Positions 1 to 9,397 of a stretch of DNA of 64,000 nucleotides are shown here, piece by piece; the stretch's first letter is position 1, and each line of letters starts with the position of its first letter. Source of the stretch: an uncultured Sutterella sp. Lineage in GTDB: Bacteria > Pseudomonadota > Gammaproteobacteria > Burkholderiales > Burkholderiaceae_F. The translations under genes were made by a program, and so were the position numbers. Below the pieces are notes generated by a model. The model did not search any database. It was not told where the DNA came from and saw only the letters and a list, made by a program, of their open reading frames with translations. The DNA is taken from contig CASDQM010000042.1 in assembly GCA_949282745.1 (NCBI GenBank), positions 322-64,321 of the forward strand. The letters run 5' to 3'.

Positions 1-585
1 CGATTCGATGGCGAGGTCCTTGAGACCGAGGTCAATGCCCGTCACTTGGTCTTCATAGACGTCGACGATAGGCTTGACCTCTTCGAGACCGTCGTCGTAA
101 AGCACCGCCGCGTAGTACGCACCGGTCGTGTCGGCCGAGAGCGTGATGCTCTTCACTTTGCCTTCCACCTTGCGGTGAACCACGGCCTTGATGCGTCCGA
201 TCTTCGGGACCTTGATCCAGTCTTCGCCGACGGACACGCTTACACAGTGATAGCTCGACAGCTCTCCGCGGCGACTCTTCCATTTAGGAAAGCCCGCCTC
301 ATGCTTGAAGAAGCGCTGATAGGCGCCGTCCAGGTGACGCAGCGACTCCTGCAGAGCCATGCTGTCGTACTGCTTCAGCCATGCGTACTTCTTGCATTTC
401 TTCGCCACAGCGAGAAGCGGCTTCAGATCCATGATGACGGACAGACTCTCGCCTTTCTGTTTCCAGAACCGCCGCTTGAGCCACAACGCCTTGTTCCACA
501 CAAAGCGCACGGCACCCCACTGACCCCACAGGAACTTCTCCTGCTCGGGCGTGGGATAGAGGCGAAATTTGGCGGCTCTTAGCAT
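1..585 (-). CDS. tnpB: TnpB RNA-guided endonuclease, N-terminal 195 aa (partial, absent from the ORF track)
   Basis: Manual translation of the minus strand from ATG at 585 gives MLRAAKFRLYPTPEQEKFLWGQWGAVRFVWNKAL...GFPKWKSRR...VTGIDLGLKDLAIES. This shows the HTH_OrfB_IS605 N-terminus and the RuvC-I GIDLG motif. Confidence 0.93.
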   Translation of the reverse strand, partial: MLRAAKFRLYPTPEQEKFLWGQWGAVRFVWNKALWLKRRFWKQKGESLSVIMDLKPLLAVAKKCKKYAWLKQYDSMALQESLRHLDGAYQRFFKHEAGFPKWKSRRGELSSYHCVSVSVGEDWIKVPKIGRIKAVVHRKVEGKVKSITLSADTTGAYYAAVLYDDGLEEVKPIVDVYEDQVTGIDLGLKDLAIES

Positions 586-608
586 TGGCGGTCTTTATAA
601 ATTACTCT

Positions 609-628
609 GCTATAATTTCGATTATAGC
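609..628. promoter_or_regulatory. Palindrome GCTATAAT-TTCG-ATTATAGC carrying overlapping divergent -10 boxes for tnpA (+) and tnpB (-)
   Basis: Perfect 8-bp inverted repeat with TATAAT on each strand, in the AT-rich gap between the two start codons. Confidence 0.55.
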
Positions 629-654
629 ATTATTTATATTGAGAGGGTCATATT

Positions 655-1116
655 ATGGAAGACTATGATCGACGCCGCCACAGTGTCACAAAATTACGGC
701 TTCACCTCGTCTTCACGACCAAGTACCGCCGGAAGGTCATGACCCCGGAAATCCTTGCGGAAGTGATTGGGTCCATGCGTGAGACAGCTACAAAAATCGG
801 CTGCACGATCATCGAGATCAACGGTGAAGCGGATCACGTTCATGTTTTGTTGGCTTTCCCGACGGACATCACCGTTGCGTCCATCGTCAACTCGTTGAAG
901 GCCGTGTCTTCTCGGATGATCCGTCAAAAGCATCCGAACATTCTCGAAGGCGGGAAAACGGGGCTCTTCTGGACGCGGTCCTATTTCGCCGCCACTACGG
1001 GAGGCGTCACGATTGACATTCTCAAGCGTTACGTCGAAAGTCAGGGGCATGAAAGGCGAGGGCGCCCTTCCTCCCCGCCTCATAAAGGCGAGGGTTCCGG
1101 GCGTAGCTCTTGCTGA
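655..1116 (+). CDS. tnpA: IS200/IS605 Y1 (HUH) transposase TnpA
   Basis: HLVFTTKYRR, HUH motif DHVHVL, FWTRSYF and catalytic Tyr in KRYVESQ. Confidence 0.95.
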   Translation: MEDYDRRRHSVTKLRLHLVFTTKYRRKVMTPEILAEVIGSMRETATKIGCTIIEINGEADHVHVLLAFPTDITVASIVNSLKAVSSRMIRQKHPNILEGGKTGLFWTRSYFAATTGGVTIDILKRYVESQGHERRGRPSSPPHKGEGSGRSSC

Positions 1117-1143
1117 GACTGAAATTCGGGAAAAGAGTGTGAG

Positions 1144-1182
1144 CGGCCGCTTCGGAAAAAGGCGGAGCGGCCGTTTTTCTTT
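1144..1182. terminator. GC-rich hairpin with flanking T-run, probable intrinsic terminator
   Basis: cggccgcttcg/cggagcggccg stem directly after the stop codon of the 1183..2337 gene. Confidence 0.5.
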
Positions 1183-2337
1183 TTACCAACCGCGAATGTG
1201 CGGGAGTTCTTCGACGACCTTTCCGTCGCGAACGAGCAGAAGCTTCTCGTAGGGCGCCGCTGTGGGACAGGCGTGGTTCGGGAGAATCCGAAGGCGCGTC
1301 CCGACGGGGAAGTCTTCAGGGCGAAGGGCGGGCCCCTCGGCCGCCTCGATGATGCCGTGCTCCTGATTCGCGCCCTTCATGAGGACGGTGCCGCCGCGAA
1401 GAGGCGTCCCCGCCACGTCGCAGACGAGCCCGTAGCCGTAGTCGCGCTTCTGGCGCGCCGTGCCGCGGTCGCGCGACATCGCCATCCAGCCCGCGTCGAC
1501 GATCACCTGCCCCTTGGCGGGCTGATGTCCGATCACGGTCGCAAGGACCGATCCCGCGATGTCGTCGATCGTCGCGACGCCCACGTTCGTCATGAAGAGG
1601 TCAAAGAGCGAATAGACGCCGCAGCGCACTTCGGTGACGCCCGTTTCGTTCTCGGCCATGAGAACCGTCGGCGTGGAGCCGACCGAGACGATCTCCATCT
1701 TGTGACCCGCTTCGCGAAGTCTGCGGGCGGCAAGCACGATGCCGTCGCGCTCGCGTTCGGCCGCAAGACGGACGTGCTCGAGATCGGGTTCGTCGTAGCT
1801 GGCGCCAGCATGAGTCAAAACCCCCGCGAGCCGTGCGCCGTCCCGAAGGTGTTCGGCGACGGCGAGGAGTTCCGGCGATTCGGGCGCGAGTCCCGAACGG
1901 TGGCCGTCGACGTCCACTTCAAGGAGCACGGGAATGGAAACGCCGTGCTCCCGGCAGAAGTCGGAGACGGCGTCCGCCGCCGCGGCGTTGTCGAGAATGA
2001 TCTTGAGGTCGCACCCGCGTTCACGGAGGTTGGCGATTCTCTCGAGCTTCTGCGGAGCGATTCCGACGGCGTAGAGAAGGTCCGTGACGCCGTGGGAGAA
2101 GAAGTATTCGGCTTCGAGAAGCGTCGAGACGCAGGCGGGGCCTTGAAGCGTCTCCATCTGGCGAAGCGCAATCCCGATCGACTTGTGGGTCTTGAGGTGC
2201 GGGCGAAGCCGTACGCCGAGGCGGCGTGCCTGGTCGAGCGCGCGGCGAAGATTCTTTTCAAGACGGGCCTCCTCAATAACGAAGGAGGGCGTCGGAACGT
2301 TCGGATCGGTGAGCGCGAGGCCGAGAAGCGAGGTCAT
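1183..2337 (-). CDS. DSD1-family PLP-dependent enzyme (D-serine dehydratase / D-threonine aldolase-like, alanine-racemase fold)
   Basis: RPHLKTHKS PLP-lysine motif, EVDVDGHRSG, GVLTHAG, SVGSTPT, VIVDAGWMAMSRD, NQEHG and PNHAC. Confidence 0.88.
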   Translation of the reverse strand: MTSLLGLALTDPNVPTPSFVIEEARLEKNLRRALDQARRLGVRLRPHLKTHKSIGIALRQMETLQGPACVSTLLEAEYFFSHGVTDLLYAVGIAPQKLERIANLRERGCDLKIILDNAAAADAVSDFCREHGVSIPVLLEVDVDGHRSGLAPESPELLAVAEHLRDGARLAGVLTHAGASYDEPDLEHVRLAAERERDGIVLAARRLREAGHKMEIVSVGSTPTVLMAENETGVTEVRCGVYSLFDLFMTNVGVATIDDIAGSVLATVIGHQPAKGQVIVDAGWMAMSRDRGTARQKRDYGYGLVCDVAGTPLRGGTVLMKGANQEHGIIEAAEGPALRPEDFPVGTRLRILPNHACPTAAPYEKLLLVRDGKVVEELPHIRGW

Positions 2338-2432
2338 GCAAGGTCTCCCTAGAGGAAAATGCGTTGCCGTTCATTCTCGCACGGGGAGAGCCCCGTCTCA
2401 ATGTCCGAAGGAAACTGCGAACGCCCGAAACG

Positions 2433-2470
2433 AAAGAACCGCGCCCCTCCGAAGAGAGAACGCGGTTCTT
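2433..2470 (-). terminator. Intrinsic terminator downstream of the flavocytochrome gene
   Basis: aagaaccgcg/cgcggttctt stem followed by a T-rich run on the minus strand. Confidence 0.5.
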
Positions 2471-2493
2471 GGTGGTTACCGAAAGTCAGAGGA

Positions 2494-4292
2494 TCACTTG
2501 ATCGACTTTACGGCGCTTTCCGCTGAGACGACGCCCGAGACGATGGCCCAGGAGTTCATCATGGCGGTAAGACTGTCGGCACCGTTCGCGCCGCCCACGA
2601 CGCAGCCCGCACCGTAGAGACCCGGGATGGGCTTGCCGGCCTTGTCGAGAATGCGCAGGTCGGCGTCGGCCTTGAGGCCGCCCAGGGTCGTCTGATAACG
2701 GACCTTCTGTTCGACGATGTAGTAGGGGCCTTCACCCAAACCGCCCGTGATCTTGCGGTTGAAGTCCGTGTCTTTGCCGGCCTTGACCATGTCGTTCCAG
2801 TGGGCGACGGTCTTGGCAAGACCTTCGGGATCCACGCCCATGGTCTTCGCGGCGTCGGCGAGATTGTCGGAGACGGCCATCACGGGACGGCCGTTGTTGA
2901 CGATCTTCGTCCACGTCATGAGCGTTTCTTCGTTAGGAACGAGCTTGTCTTCAAGCGACTTCCGGACGTATTCCTTCCAGGCCTTCGCGTCCATCACGAT
3001 GTAGGCGATGTGGTCGGGCTGAGCGACCGTCTTGTCGGTCAAGACGCCGAGCGCGGCGTTTTCGTCGACGTAGCGCTGACCGAGCTTGTTGACGTAGATG
3101 GCGCCCGACTTCTTCATCGTGTCGGTCGAGGAGGCCGTGGCGGCGAGGCCATGGCCCGGAACCGTTTCGACGCCCTGCGGATACATTTTGACGAGGTCGA
3201 GGTTGATCGTGCCCGCGCCGATCGCGGTGGCCATCTTGTAGCCGTCGCCCGTTTCGCTGTCGAGACCGTAGAAGACGTAGTTGCTCATTTCCTTCGGGAG
3301 CATCGACTTCACGGCGCCGTAGCCGCCCGAGGCGAGAATGACGGCCTTCGAGGTGAGTTCGACCGTGTTGCCGTCCTTGTCCGTCGCGCGAACGCCCACA
3401 ACCTTGCCGGCGTCGTCACGGATGAGTTCCTGCGCGCGGGTCTGCAGCATCAACTTCCCGCCCATGCCGAGGAACTTCTCGCGCATGAGGTTGAGGTAGT
3501 TGACGGAACGCCCCGTCACGCCGAGCTGACGGTTGGCGGAGTGGTCCGGATACTGCGTGGCGGCAGGACCATAAGAATCTTCATGTCGTAGATGAGCCAG
3601 TCGACGACGCCACCCACGCGTTCCGTCACCATCTTGACGAGGGTCGGATCGTTGCGGTTCTTGCCGACCGTGAAGATGTCCTTGTAGGCGAGTTCGGGCG
3701 AGTCCTTCGTTTCCTTCATGACTTCGCGCTGATACTTGGAGCCCGTGGCGATGAGCGTGCCGGCGTTCAGAGCCGTCGCACCGCCGATCACCGGCATCTT
3801 TTCGATCAGAATCACGTTGGCGCCGAGGGTTTCGGCCTTGACGGCGGCGGAAATGCCCGAGCCGCCCGCACCGACCACGACGATGTCGGCGTTTTCCTTG
3901 ACGAGCTTCTTGGCAGCCTTCTTCTTCACGACCGCGGTGGCGAACTGGGCGGGATCGCCACCCGCCTTCTGGATCGCCTGGGCGACGGCGGCGCGGATAC
4001 CTTCGGACGTCATCGTGGCGCCCGCCACGGCGTCGACCGCGGTGCTCTGCGCCGCGACGATCGCCTTCGGGAAGTCGGCGACGGCGGCGTCCGAGATGCC
4101 GACCGTTTCGGTGTGCTTCACCACCTTGACGGCGTCGAGCTTGCCGGCCTTGACGGTGACTTCGACCGTGATCGTGCCGTTGCGGCCCTTGCCTTCACCC
4201 GTGTAGGTGCCGTCGGTCATGGCGGCGAAGGCGCTGCCGCAGAGGGCGGCGGATACCGCCAGAGCGGCGAGTCGTTTGGTTCCCATGCGCAT
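2494..4292 (-). pseudogene. Exported FMN-binding + FAD-dependent oxidoreductase (flavocytochrome c / UrdA-like family) split by a 1-nt frameshift near 3574
   Basis: ORF 3516..4292 has a signal peptide, an FMN_bind domain (DAVAGATMTS) and the FAD motif VVGAGGSG. ORF 2494..3519 has the C-terminal FAD domain (VILASGGY, YQTTLGGL, GLYGAG). Adding one base at ATT-CT-TAT restores KIPYGPAATQYPDHSANRQLGVTGRSVNY. May be a sequencing error. Confidence 0.8.
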
Positions 4293-4588
4293 GTTCTTTC
4301 TCCTTTGATGGATGGTGCAGGGTGTCCTTGTGCAGAAGAAATTCTAGAAAACACCTTCTTCAAGCGCTTCGGAACTTATCCCTAAAAGAAAACGCATAGG
4401 GTGTGGGGAGTAGGAGAGGGGAAGGATTCGCAAGGGAAAGCGCCGAATGTAAAAGAATTCATGTCCTGGTTTTGCGGCAAATCGGGACAAACCCGCGAGT
4501 GTAGTCGCGGCTACAGACAGGGATGTCGTCGGGATCGATACTCCTTTGCGAACCAAACCGCTCTTCTCAATGCTGAAAGGAGTCAACC

Positions 4589-6085
4589 ATGAGCAAAATG
4601 CATCTCACGCTGACCGCCGCGGCCGTGGCGCTCGCCATGTCGCCCGTTTGGGCCGCCGATCAGGAATACAAGACCGACATCGTCGTGATCGGTGCCGGCG
4701 CTTCGGGTACGGCCGCCGCCTGGGCCGCCGCCGAAAAGGACTTCAACGTCATCACGCTCGAAAAGGCCGCCATGCCGGGCGGCACGGGCCAGTTCTCCGA
4801 AGGCATCTTCGCCGTCGAAAGCAAGATGCAGCGCGACTGGAACTACGGCCTCACGAAGGACGAGGCGTTCCAGAAAATCATGAACTACGGTCACTGGCGC
4901 GGCAACGCCAAGATGGTGCGCGCCTTCGTCAACAAGTCGGCCGATACGATCGACTGGATGATGAAGAACGGCGTGAAGTTCGAAAAGCTCTTCTCGAACT
5001 ACCCGAACGGTCTCTACACCTGGCACATTTACGAAGGCCGCGGTGCGGGCTGGATCAACCTCTTCCAGAAGAAGTACGCGGAAAAGGGCCAGAAGCTTCT
5101 TTTGAACACCTGGGGCGAAAAGCTTCTGACGGAAAACGGCCGCGTCGTGGGCGTGGAAGCCACGAACAAGGCGGGCGACAAGATCACGATTCACGCCAAG
5201 GCCACGATCATCGCCACGGGCGGGTTCTTCGCCAACAAGGAAATGGCCAAGGAATACCTCCGCTTCCCGAACGCCGACGGTCTCGCCCAGACGGGTAAGA
5301 CGGGCGACGGCATCCGCATGGCCTGGGCCGTGGGCGCCGGCAAGGAAGGCACCGAAGTGCAGGCTTCCTATCGTCCGGGTCCGCGCGGCGTGGGCACGAC
5401 CAACCACGTGAGCGCCACCGCCAAGCAGCCGCATCTCTGGCTCACGCCCAAGGGCGAACGCTTCTGCGACGAAAAGATCATGCTCGAATGGCCGTTTGCG
5501 GGCAACGCTCTCGAACGCATCGGCGGCACGATGTTCGTCGTCTATGACCAGGCGACGCTCGACCACATGGTGAAGGACGCGGGCATCGACCTCGGCGTCG
5601 GCGTCATGGTGCCGGTCGGCACGAAGCTTACGAACTTCGACAAGGAATGGGACGCCGCCGTCAAGGCCGGCTGGGCCTTCAAGGCCGACACGCTCGACGG
5701 TCTCGCCAAGGCGACCGGCATGAACGCCGACAAGCTCAAGAAGACGGTCGAAGCCTACAACGGCTTCTGCGCCATCCGTCACGACGAAGAATTCGCGAAG
5801 GATCCGCAGTATCTGCGCGAAGTCAAGACGGGTCCCTTCTACGCGATCAAGTCCGTGGCGAGCACGCTCGGCACGCTCGGCGGCATCAAGGCGAACGAAC
5901 GCTTTGAAGTCGTGACGCCCGACGAAGAACCGATTCCGGGTCTCTTTGCTGCCGGTAACGACGTGGGCGGCATGTACGGCGACAGCTACGACCTCCTGAT
6001 GGCTGGTTCAACCGTGGGCTTCGCGGTGAACTCGGGCCGCATCGCGGTTGATTCGGCGGAAGAGTACATCAAGACGCTGAAGTAA
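4589..6085 (+). CDS. Exported FAD-dependent oxidoreductase, flavocytochrome c flavoprotein family, substrate unknown
   Basis: Sec signal peptide, VVIGAGASG, IIATGGF, GDGIRMA, TLGGIKAN and GLFAAGN. RBS aggag upstream. Confidence 0.88.
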   Translation: MSKMHLTLTAAAVALAMSPVWAADQEYKTDIVVIGAGASGTAAAWAAAEKDFNVITLEKAAMPGGTGQFSEGIFAVESKMQRDWNYGLTKDEAFQKIMNYGHWRGNAKMVRAFVNKSADTIDWMMKNGVKFEKLFSNYPNGLYTWHIYEGRGAGWINLFQKKYAEKGQKLLLNTWGEKLLTENGRVVGVEATNKAGDKITIHAKATIIATGGFFANKEMAKEYLRFPNADGLAQTGKTGDGIRMAWAVGAGKEGTEVQASYRPGPRGVGTTNHVSATAKQPHLWLTPKGERFCDEKIMLEWPFAGNALERIGGTMFVVYDQATLDHMVKDAGIDLGVGVMVPVGTKLTNFDKEWDAAVKAGWAFKADTLDGLAKATGMNADKLKKTVEAYNGFCAIRHDEEFAKDPQYLREVKTGPFYAIKSVASTLGTLGGIKANERFEVVTPDEEPIPGLFAAGNDVGGMYGDSYDLLMAGSTVGFAVNSGRIAVDSAEEYIKTLK

Positions 6086-6128
6086 TGGACGCTCGGTCGA
6101 CCGGATTTCCGTCCGGTCGACATTGTCG

Positions 6129-6167
6129 AAAGGGTCGGTTTTCACTTCTTGTGAGCCGACCCTTTTT
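6129..6167. terminator. Bidirectional terminator between convergent genes
   Basis: aaagggtcggtt...agccgacccttttt stem with A-run and T-run flanks. Confidence 0.6.
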
Positions 6168-6174
6168 CGTGCCG

Positions 6175-6918
6175 TCAGTCGTCGTTTCGCGGAGGCTGCG
6201 GCCAGACGGGCTTGGCGGCGCGTTCGTTTCTCGCGAGCCAGTCGTATACGTCGTCAAAAAGGGCGGGGCGCACGAAGAGATCGGCTCCCTCGCGCTTGGC
6301 AAGGTCCTCGCGGAACCAGGTGCTCAGAATCTTCGCGACGCTCACGCGGTTGAGGTTCACGATTTCGCCCAAGAGTTCCGCGGAGAGCCGATAGGGGATC
6401 CGCCACCAGGTCTCGCCCTTGACGCAGCCGCCTTCGTTCGTGAGCGCCGACTGAAAGAATACCTTGAGACGTTGCTCGGGCGGGAGCGTGAAGTTCGCGA
6501 CCATGCCTTCGATATGGCACTCCTCCTTGGCGATCACGCTTCGGACGAGCACTTCCGCAAAGCCCCCTTCGCTTCGCATGGCCTCCGTCAGAATCGAGGC
6601 GGGAAGAACGAGCACCTTCCCGTCGGTGATCATCTTCGTGTGCACGTTGCAACGGTTCTCGATCGCGGCCGTGAGGTCGCCCGCCGCACGTCCGGGCGGA
6701 AGGAGCCCCAGCACCTTGGGACGCCCCGTGAGTTCTTCGGCGATGAAGTAGGCGGCAAGCCCCTCGGTCAGGAAAAAGAGTTTCGCGTCTTCTCCGCCGC
6801 GCTTCAGGGTCTCGCCCTTTTTGACGGACCGCTCCGTCCCCCGCGAGCGATAGAGCGCTGCGATTTCAGGCGGATCGGCGGGCAGAACATAAGGAAGCGA
6901 CGTGAAGATCTGACGCAT
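6175..6918 (-). CDS. Crp/Fnr-family transcriptional regulator (start re-called at MRQIFT)
   Basis: cNMP-binding-like region (VKKGETL...LFFLTEG) and C-terminal HTH (LSAELLGEIVNLNRVSVAKILSTW). The longer 404-aa ORF extends into the upstream gene and its terminator. Confidence 0.85.
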   Translation of the reverse strand: MRQIFTSLPYVLPADPPEIAALYRSRGTERSVKKGETLKRGGEDAKLFFLTEGLAAYFIAEELTGRPKVLGLLPPGRAAGDLTAAIENRCNVHTKMITDGKVLVLPASILTEAMRSEGGFAEVLVRSVIAKEECHIEGMVANFTLPPEQRLKVFFQSALTNEGGCVKGETWWRIPYRLSAELLGEIVNLNRVSVAKILSTWFREDLAKREGADLFVRPALFDDVYDWLARNERAAKPVWPQPPRNDD

Positions 6919-7024
6919 GGCGGCGGACGGAAAGAAAAGGAGGAAATCTTTCGCAAGTATAGGGAAGCCTTGCGGGCGGCTCCATCCGTTCGGTCCCGAA
7001 TGTCGAAAGCTCCCTGATGATGGC

Positions 7025-7060
7025 AAAAAGAAGCCCGCGGCCTTTCGACCGCGGGACTTC
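7025..7060 (-). terminator. Intrinsic terminator after the TonB-dependent receptor
   Basis: cccgcgg/ccgcggg stem followed by a T-run on the minus strand. Confidence 0.5.
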
Positions 7061-7091
7061 CTTGATTTCAAACCGCAGATTCTCAGGAATC

Positions 7092-9158
7092 TCAAAATTT
7101 GCTGTTCCACTTGACCGTGAAGTAGCGGCCGGCTTCGTAGATCGCGTCGCTCGTCTGATAGAGTTTGTCCGTGATGTTGTAGAGGCCGACGTCGATCGAG
7201 TGAGTGCTGTCCTTGCCGAAACTCACGCCCGCCGTCAGGTTGAAGGTCGTGGCGCCGCCGAGGTGGAAGGATTTCTTCTCGCTCGTGGCATTGGTCGGGT
7301 CGTAATCGAAGTTGTGCTGCACCGACTCGGAACGCGAAATCGCGAACGCGTCCGCACGGAGGTTCAGACCTTCCACAACACCGTTCCAACGGACGCCGTA
7401 GCGGGCCGTCATTTCCGGCGTACCCGAATCATAGGTCGAAACGCCGTTCTGTTCGAACTTGCGGCGCATCAGCGTGAAGGTGGTGTAGGGCTCGAAGTTT
7501 TCAAACACATTGAACGAAAGACTTGTTTCGAGACCGTAGGTCGTCGCTTCGCTCACGTTCGTGTACCGATAGGTCTTGCCCATCGGGGTTTGGGCAGTCA
7601 ACAGCGAGTCGATGTAATCGTCCGCCTTGGAGTAGAAGACCGCGGAATCAACGCTGAAGGCTGCATTCGACCAACGAAGACCGATTTCAAAGTTGTCCGA
7701 GGTTTCCGGCTTCAAGTCGGGATTGCTCAGCGTCGTGGCACCGCCCATCGTGGAGTCGACGAAGAGCTCCTGAATGATCGGGAAACGATAGCCCTGCGCC
7801 CAGCTGGCACGCAACGAAACGTCTTCGGCGGCGCGCCAAACGGCTCCAAGGTTAAAGACGGCGTGACCGTCCGAAGAGTCGCGAGACCAAGATTCCGGTG
7901 TGCTCGGCCCCATGCTCGTAGTGCCCGTTTTTTCATAGTCCGATTCGCTTCGAACCCAGGTGTATCGCACGCCGTAAGTTAGAGAGACATCCGATAGAAC
8001 GGGCGACTCCATACTGGCATACACCGAGTGTTGTTGTTGGGTGGCATCCCAAACGCGAGTGTTTCTGACGGTCATGATGGGAAGGGGCGACGTGACCGAG
8101 TAAGTTTCCGCATCAAGACTGTCGTAGGAAAATTCATAGCCGGCAATCAGGTAATGATCCCCGAGGTGCCAATCGGACTGCACCGAAAAACCGGTTTGAT
8201 CCAGTGTGTTGTCGGCAAAGCTGTCAACTTTGGTTGAGCCTTGAATCACGTGGTTTTGCATGTCCTTGTTGGACCGCTGATGGAAGACGTCCAAACGAAG
8301 ACGGGCGAGGTAGTCGTTGACGTTGTTCATCTCGAAGAAGAGCGCACCCTTCGTACGGTCCCACTTGGGAACGTCCACGAAAAATTCGTCGTAGCTTCCG
8401 TCCTGGGTCCCCGACATGAAGTCGAGGTTGTAGTAATCGATCGTGCCGCCCACCTTCATGTTTTCGTTGATGTTGTAGGCGAGATAGAGCGAAGCGGAGC
8501 GCGAGTCGAATTCGGTGTAGGGAACTTCACCGATCGGCGTTTCGAGGTTGTCGTAGCTTTCCGTCGCGGCGTTCAAGCGGTATTCCCAACCGTTGACGGT
8601 GCCGTAGATGCCGGCGGAAACGTTCTTGCCGGAAGCGGACGTATCCATGCCGGCCGAGATTTCACCCTGGACGGGACGCGTGCCGCCCTTCTTCGTGATG
8701 ATGTTGATGGCGCCGCCGATCGCGTCGGAGCCGTAGAGGACGGAGGCCGGCCCCTTGATGACTTCGATGCGTTCGATCATGGAGGGATCGATCAGAATGG
8801 GCGCGCCCGACATCGATTTGTGTTCGGCCACCTTCTGGCCGTCGATCATGACGAGCGTGCGGAAGGCGTCTTCGCCGCGGATCTTCACGCGGTCGATGCC
8901 CTGGCCGCCGTCGTTCTTGATTTCAACGCCCGGAATGTCGGAGAGGAGGTCGCCGACGGTCTTGGCGCCGGACTTTTCAATGTCCTTGCTCGTGATCACC
9001 GAGACCGACATCGGAACTTCCATGAGTTCCTGTTCGACGCGAGAGGCGGTCACGTGAACGGTTTCGGTCTGGAGGACGTCTTCGGCCGAGACGGTGCCGG
9101 CGGAAAGAGCGAGGGCGACGGCTGCGGAGAGGCCGCTGATGGCGTGCGTAGTCTTCAT
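7092..9158 (-). CDS. TonB-dependent outer-membrane receptor, probably for iron/heme (start re-called at MKTTHAIS)
   Basis: Signal peptide, TonB-box-like ETVHVTASR, plug motif IERIEVIKGPASVLYGSDAIGGAINIITKK, NPDLKPETS and C-terminal F. Confidence 0.92.
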   Translation of the reverse strand: MKTTHAISGLSAAVALALSAGTVSAEDVLQTETVHVTASRVEQELMEVPMSVSVITSKDIEKSGAKTVGDLLSDIPGVEIKNDGGQGIDRVKIRGEDAFRTLVMIDGQKVAEHKSMSGAPILIDPSMIERIEVIKGPASVLYGSDAIGGAINIITKKGGTRPVQGEISAGMDTSASGKNVSAGIYGTVNGWEYRLNAATESYDNLETPIGEVPYTEFDSRSASLYLAYNINENMKVGGTIDYYNLDFMSGTQDGSYDEFFVDVPKWDRTKGALFFEMNNVNDYLARLRLDVFHQRSNKDMQNHVIQGSTKVDSFADNTLDQTGFSVQSDWHLGDHYLIAGYEFSYDSLDAETYSVTSPLPIMTVRNTRVWDATQQQHSVYASMESPVLSDVSLTYGVRYTWVRSESDYEKTGTTSMGPSTPESWSRDSSDGHAVFNLGAVWRAAEDVSLRASWAQGYRFPIIQELFVDSTMGGATTLSNPDLKPETSDNFEIGLRWSNAAFSVDSAVFYSKADDYIDSLLTAQTPMGKTYRYTNVSEATTYGLETSLSFNVFENFEPYTTFTLMRRKFEQNGVSTYDSGTPEMTARYGVRWNGVVEGLNLRADAFAISRSESVQHNFDYDPTNATSEKKSFHLGGATTFNLTAGVSFGKDSTHSIDVGLYNITDKLYQTSDAIYEAGRYFTVKWNSKF

Positions 9159-9188
9159 GATTGTTCTTGACGGTTGAGTGTTTGTTTT

Positions 9189-9207
9189 AAGAACGAGAAT
9201 CGTTCTC
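9189..9207. promoter_or_regulatory. Fur-box-like operator (proximal)
   Basis: AAGAACGAGAATCGTTCTC, 13/19 match to GATAATGATAATCATTATC, about 30 bp upstream of the receptor start. Confidence 0.5.
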
Positions 9208-9378
9208 AAGCAAAGATTCGCCAAATCTATCAGATGGATAGGATGTGCGTCAAGAGTCTCGATGAAGACTTTTTTCAAAATGATCTCTTTTTGCAGGGTT
9301 TCTGAAGGATTCTCCAAGTTTCGACAGCTGCGGGTGAGAGGGAAGAATAAAGCGAAAATACGCCAGAAAACCATTTGT

Positions 9379-9397
9379 GAGAATGAAATTCGTTCTC
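9379..9397. promoter_or_regulatory. Fur-box-like operator (distal)
   Basis: GAGAATGAAATTCGTTCTC, 14/19 match to the Fur consensus and near-palindromic. Confidence 0.6.

Larger units (their letters stand above)
1..1112 (-). mobile_element. IS200/IS605-family insertion sequence (IS605-type, divergent tnpA/tnpB); left part only, runs off the window start
   Basis: Y1 TnpA and TnpB genes lie back to back. A subterminal hairpin sits at 1073-1093. On the minus strand TCAG (1116-1113) is followed by GAAC at +16..+19 and then the hairpin, which is the IS608-type left-end geometry. Confidence 0.9.

Noticed and set aside
46-582. 178-aa plus-strand ORF in the track
   Set aside because: It is the antisense shadow of tnpB, which has clear motifs on the minus strand.
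2494-6085. Calling the flavoproteins fumarate reductase (frdA/fccA)
   Set aside because: The catalytic HGANRLG motif is absent in both.
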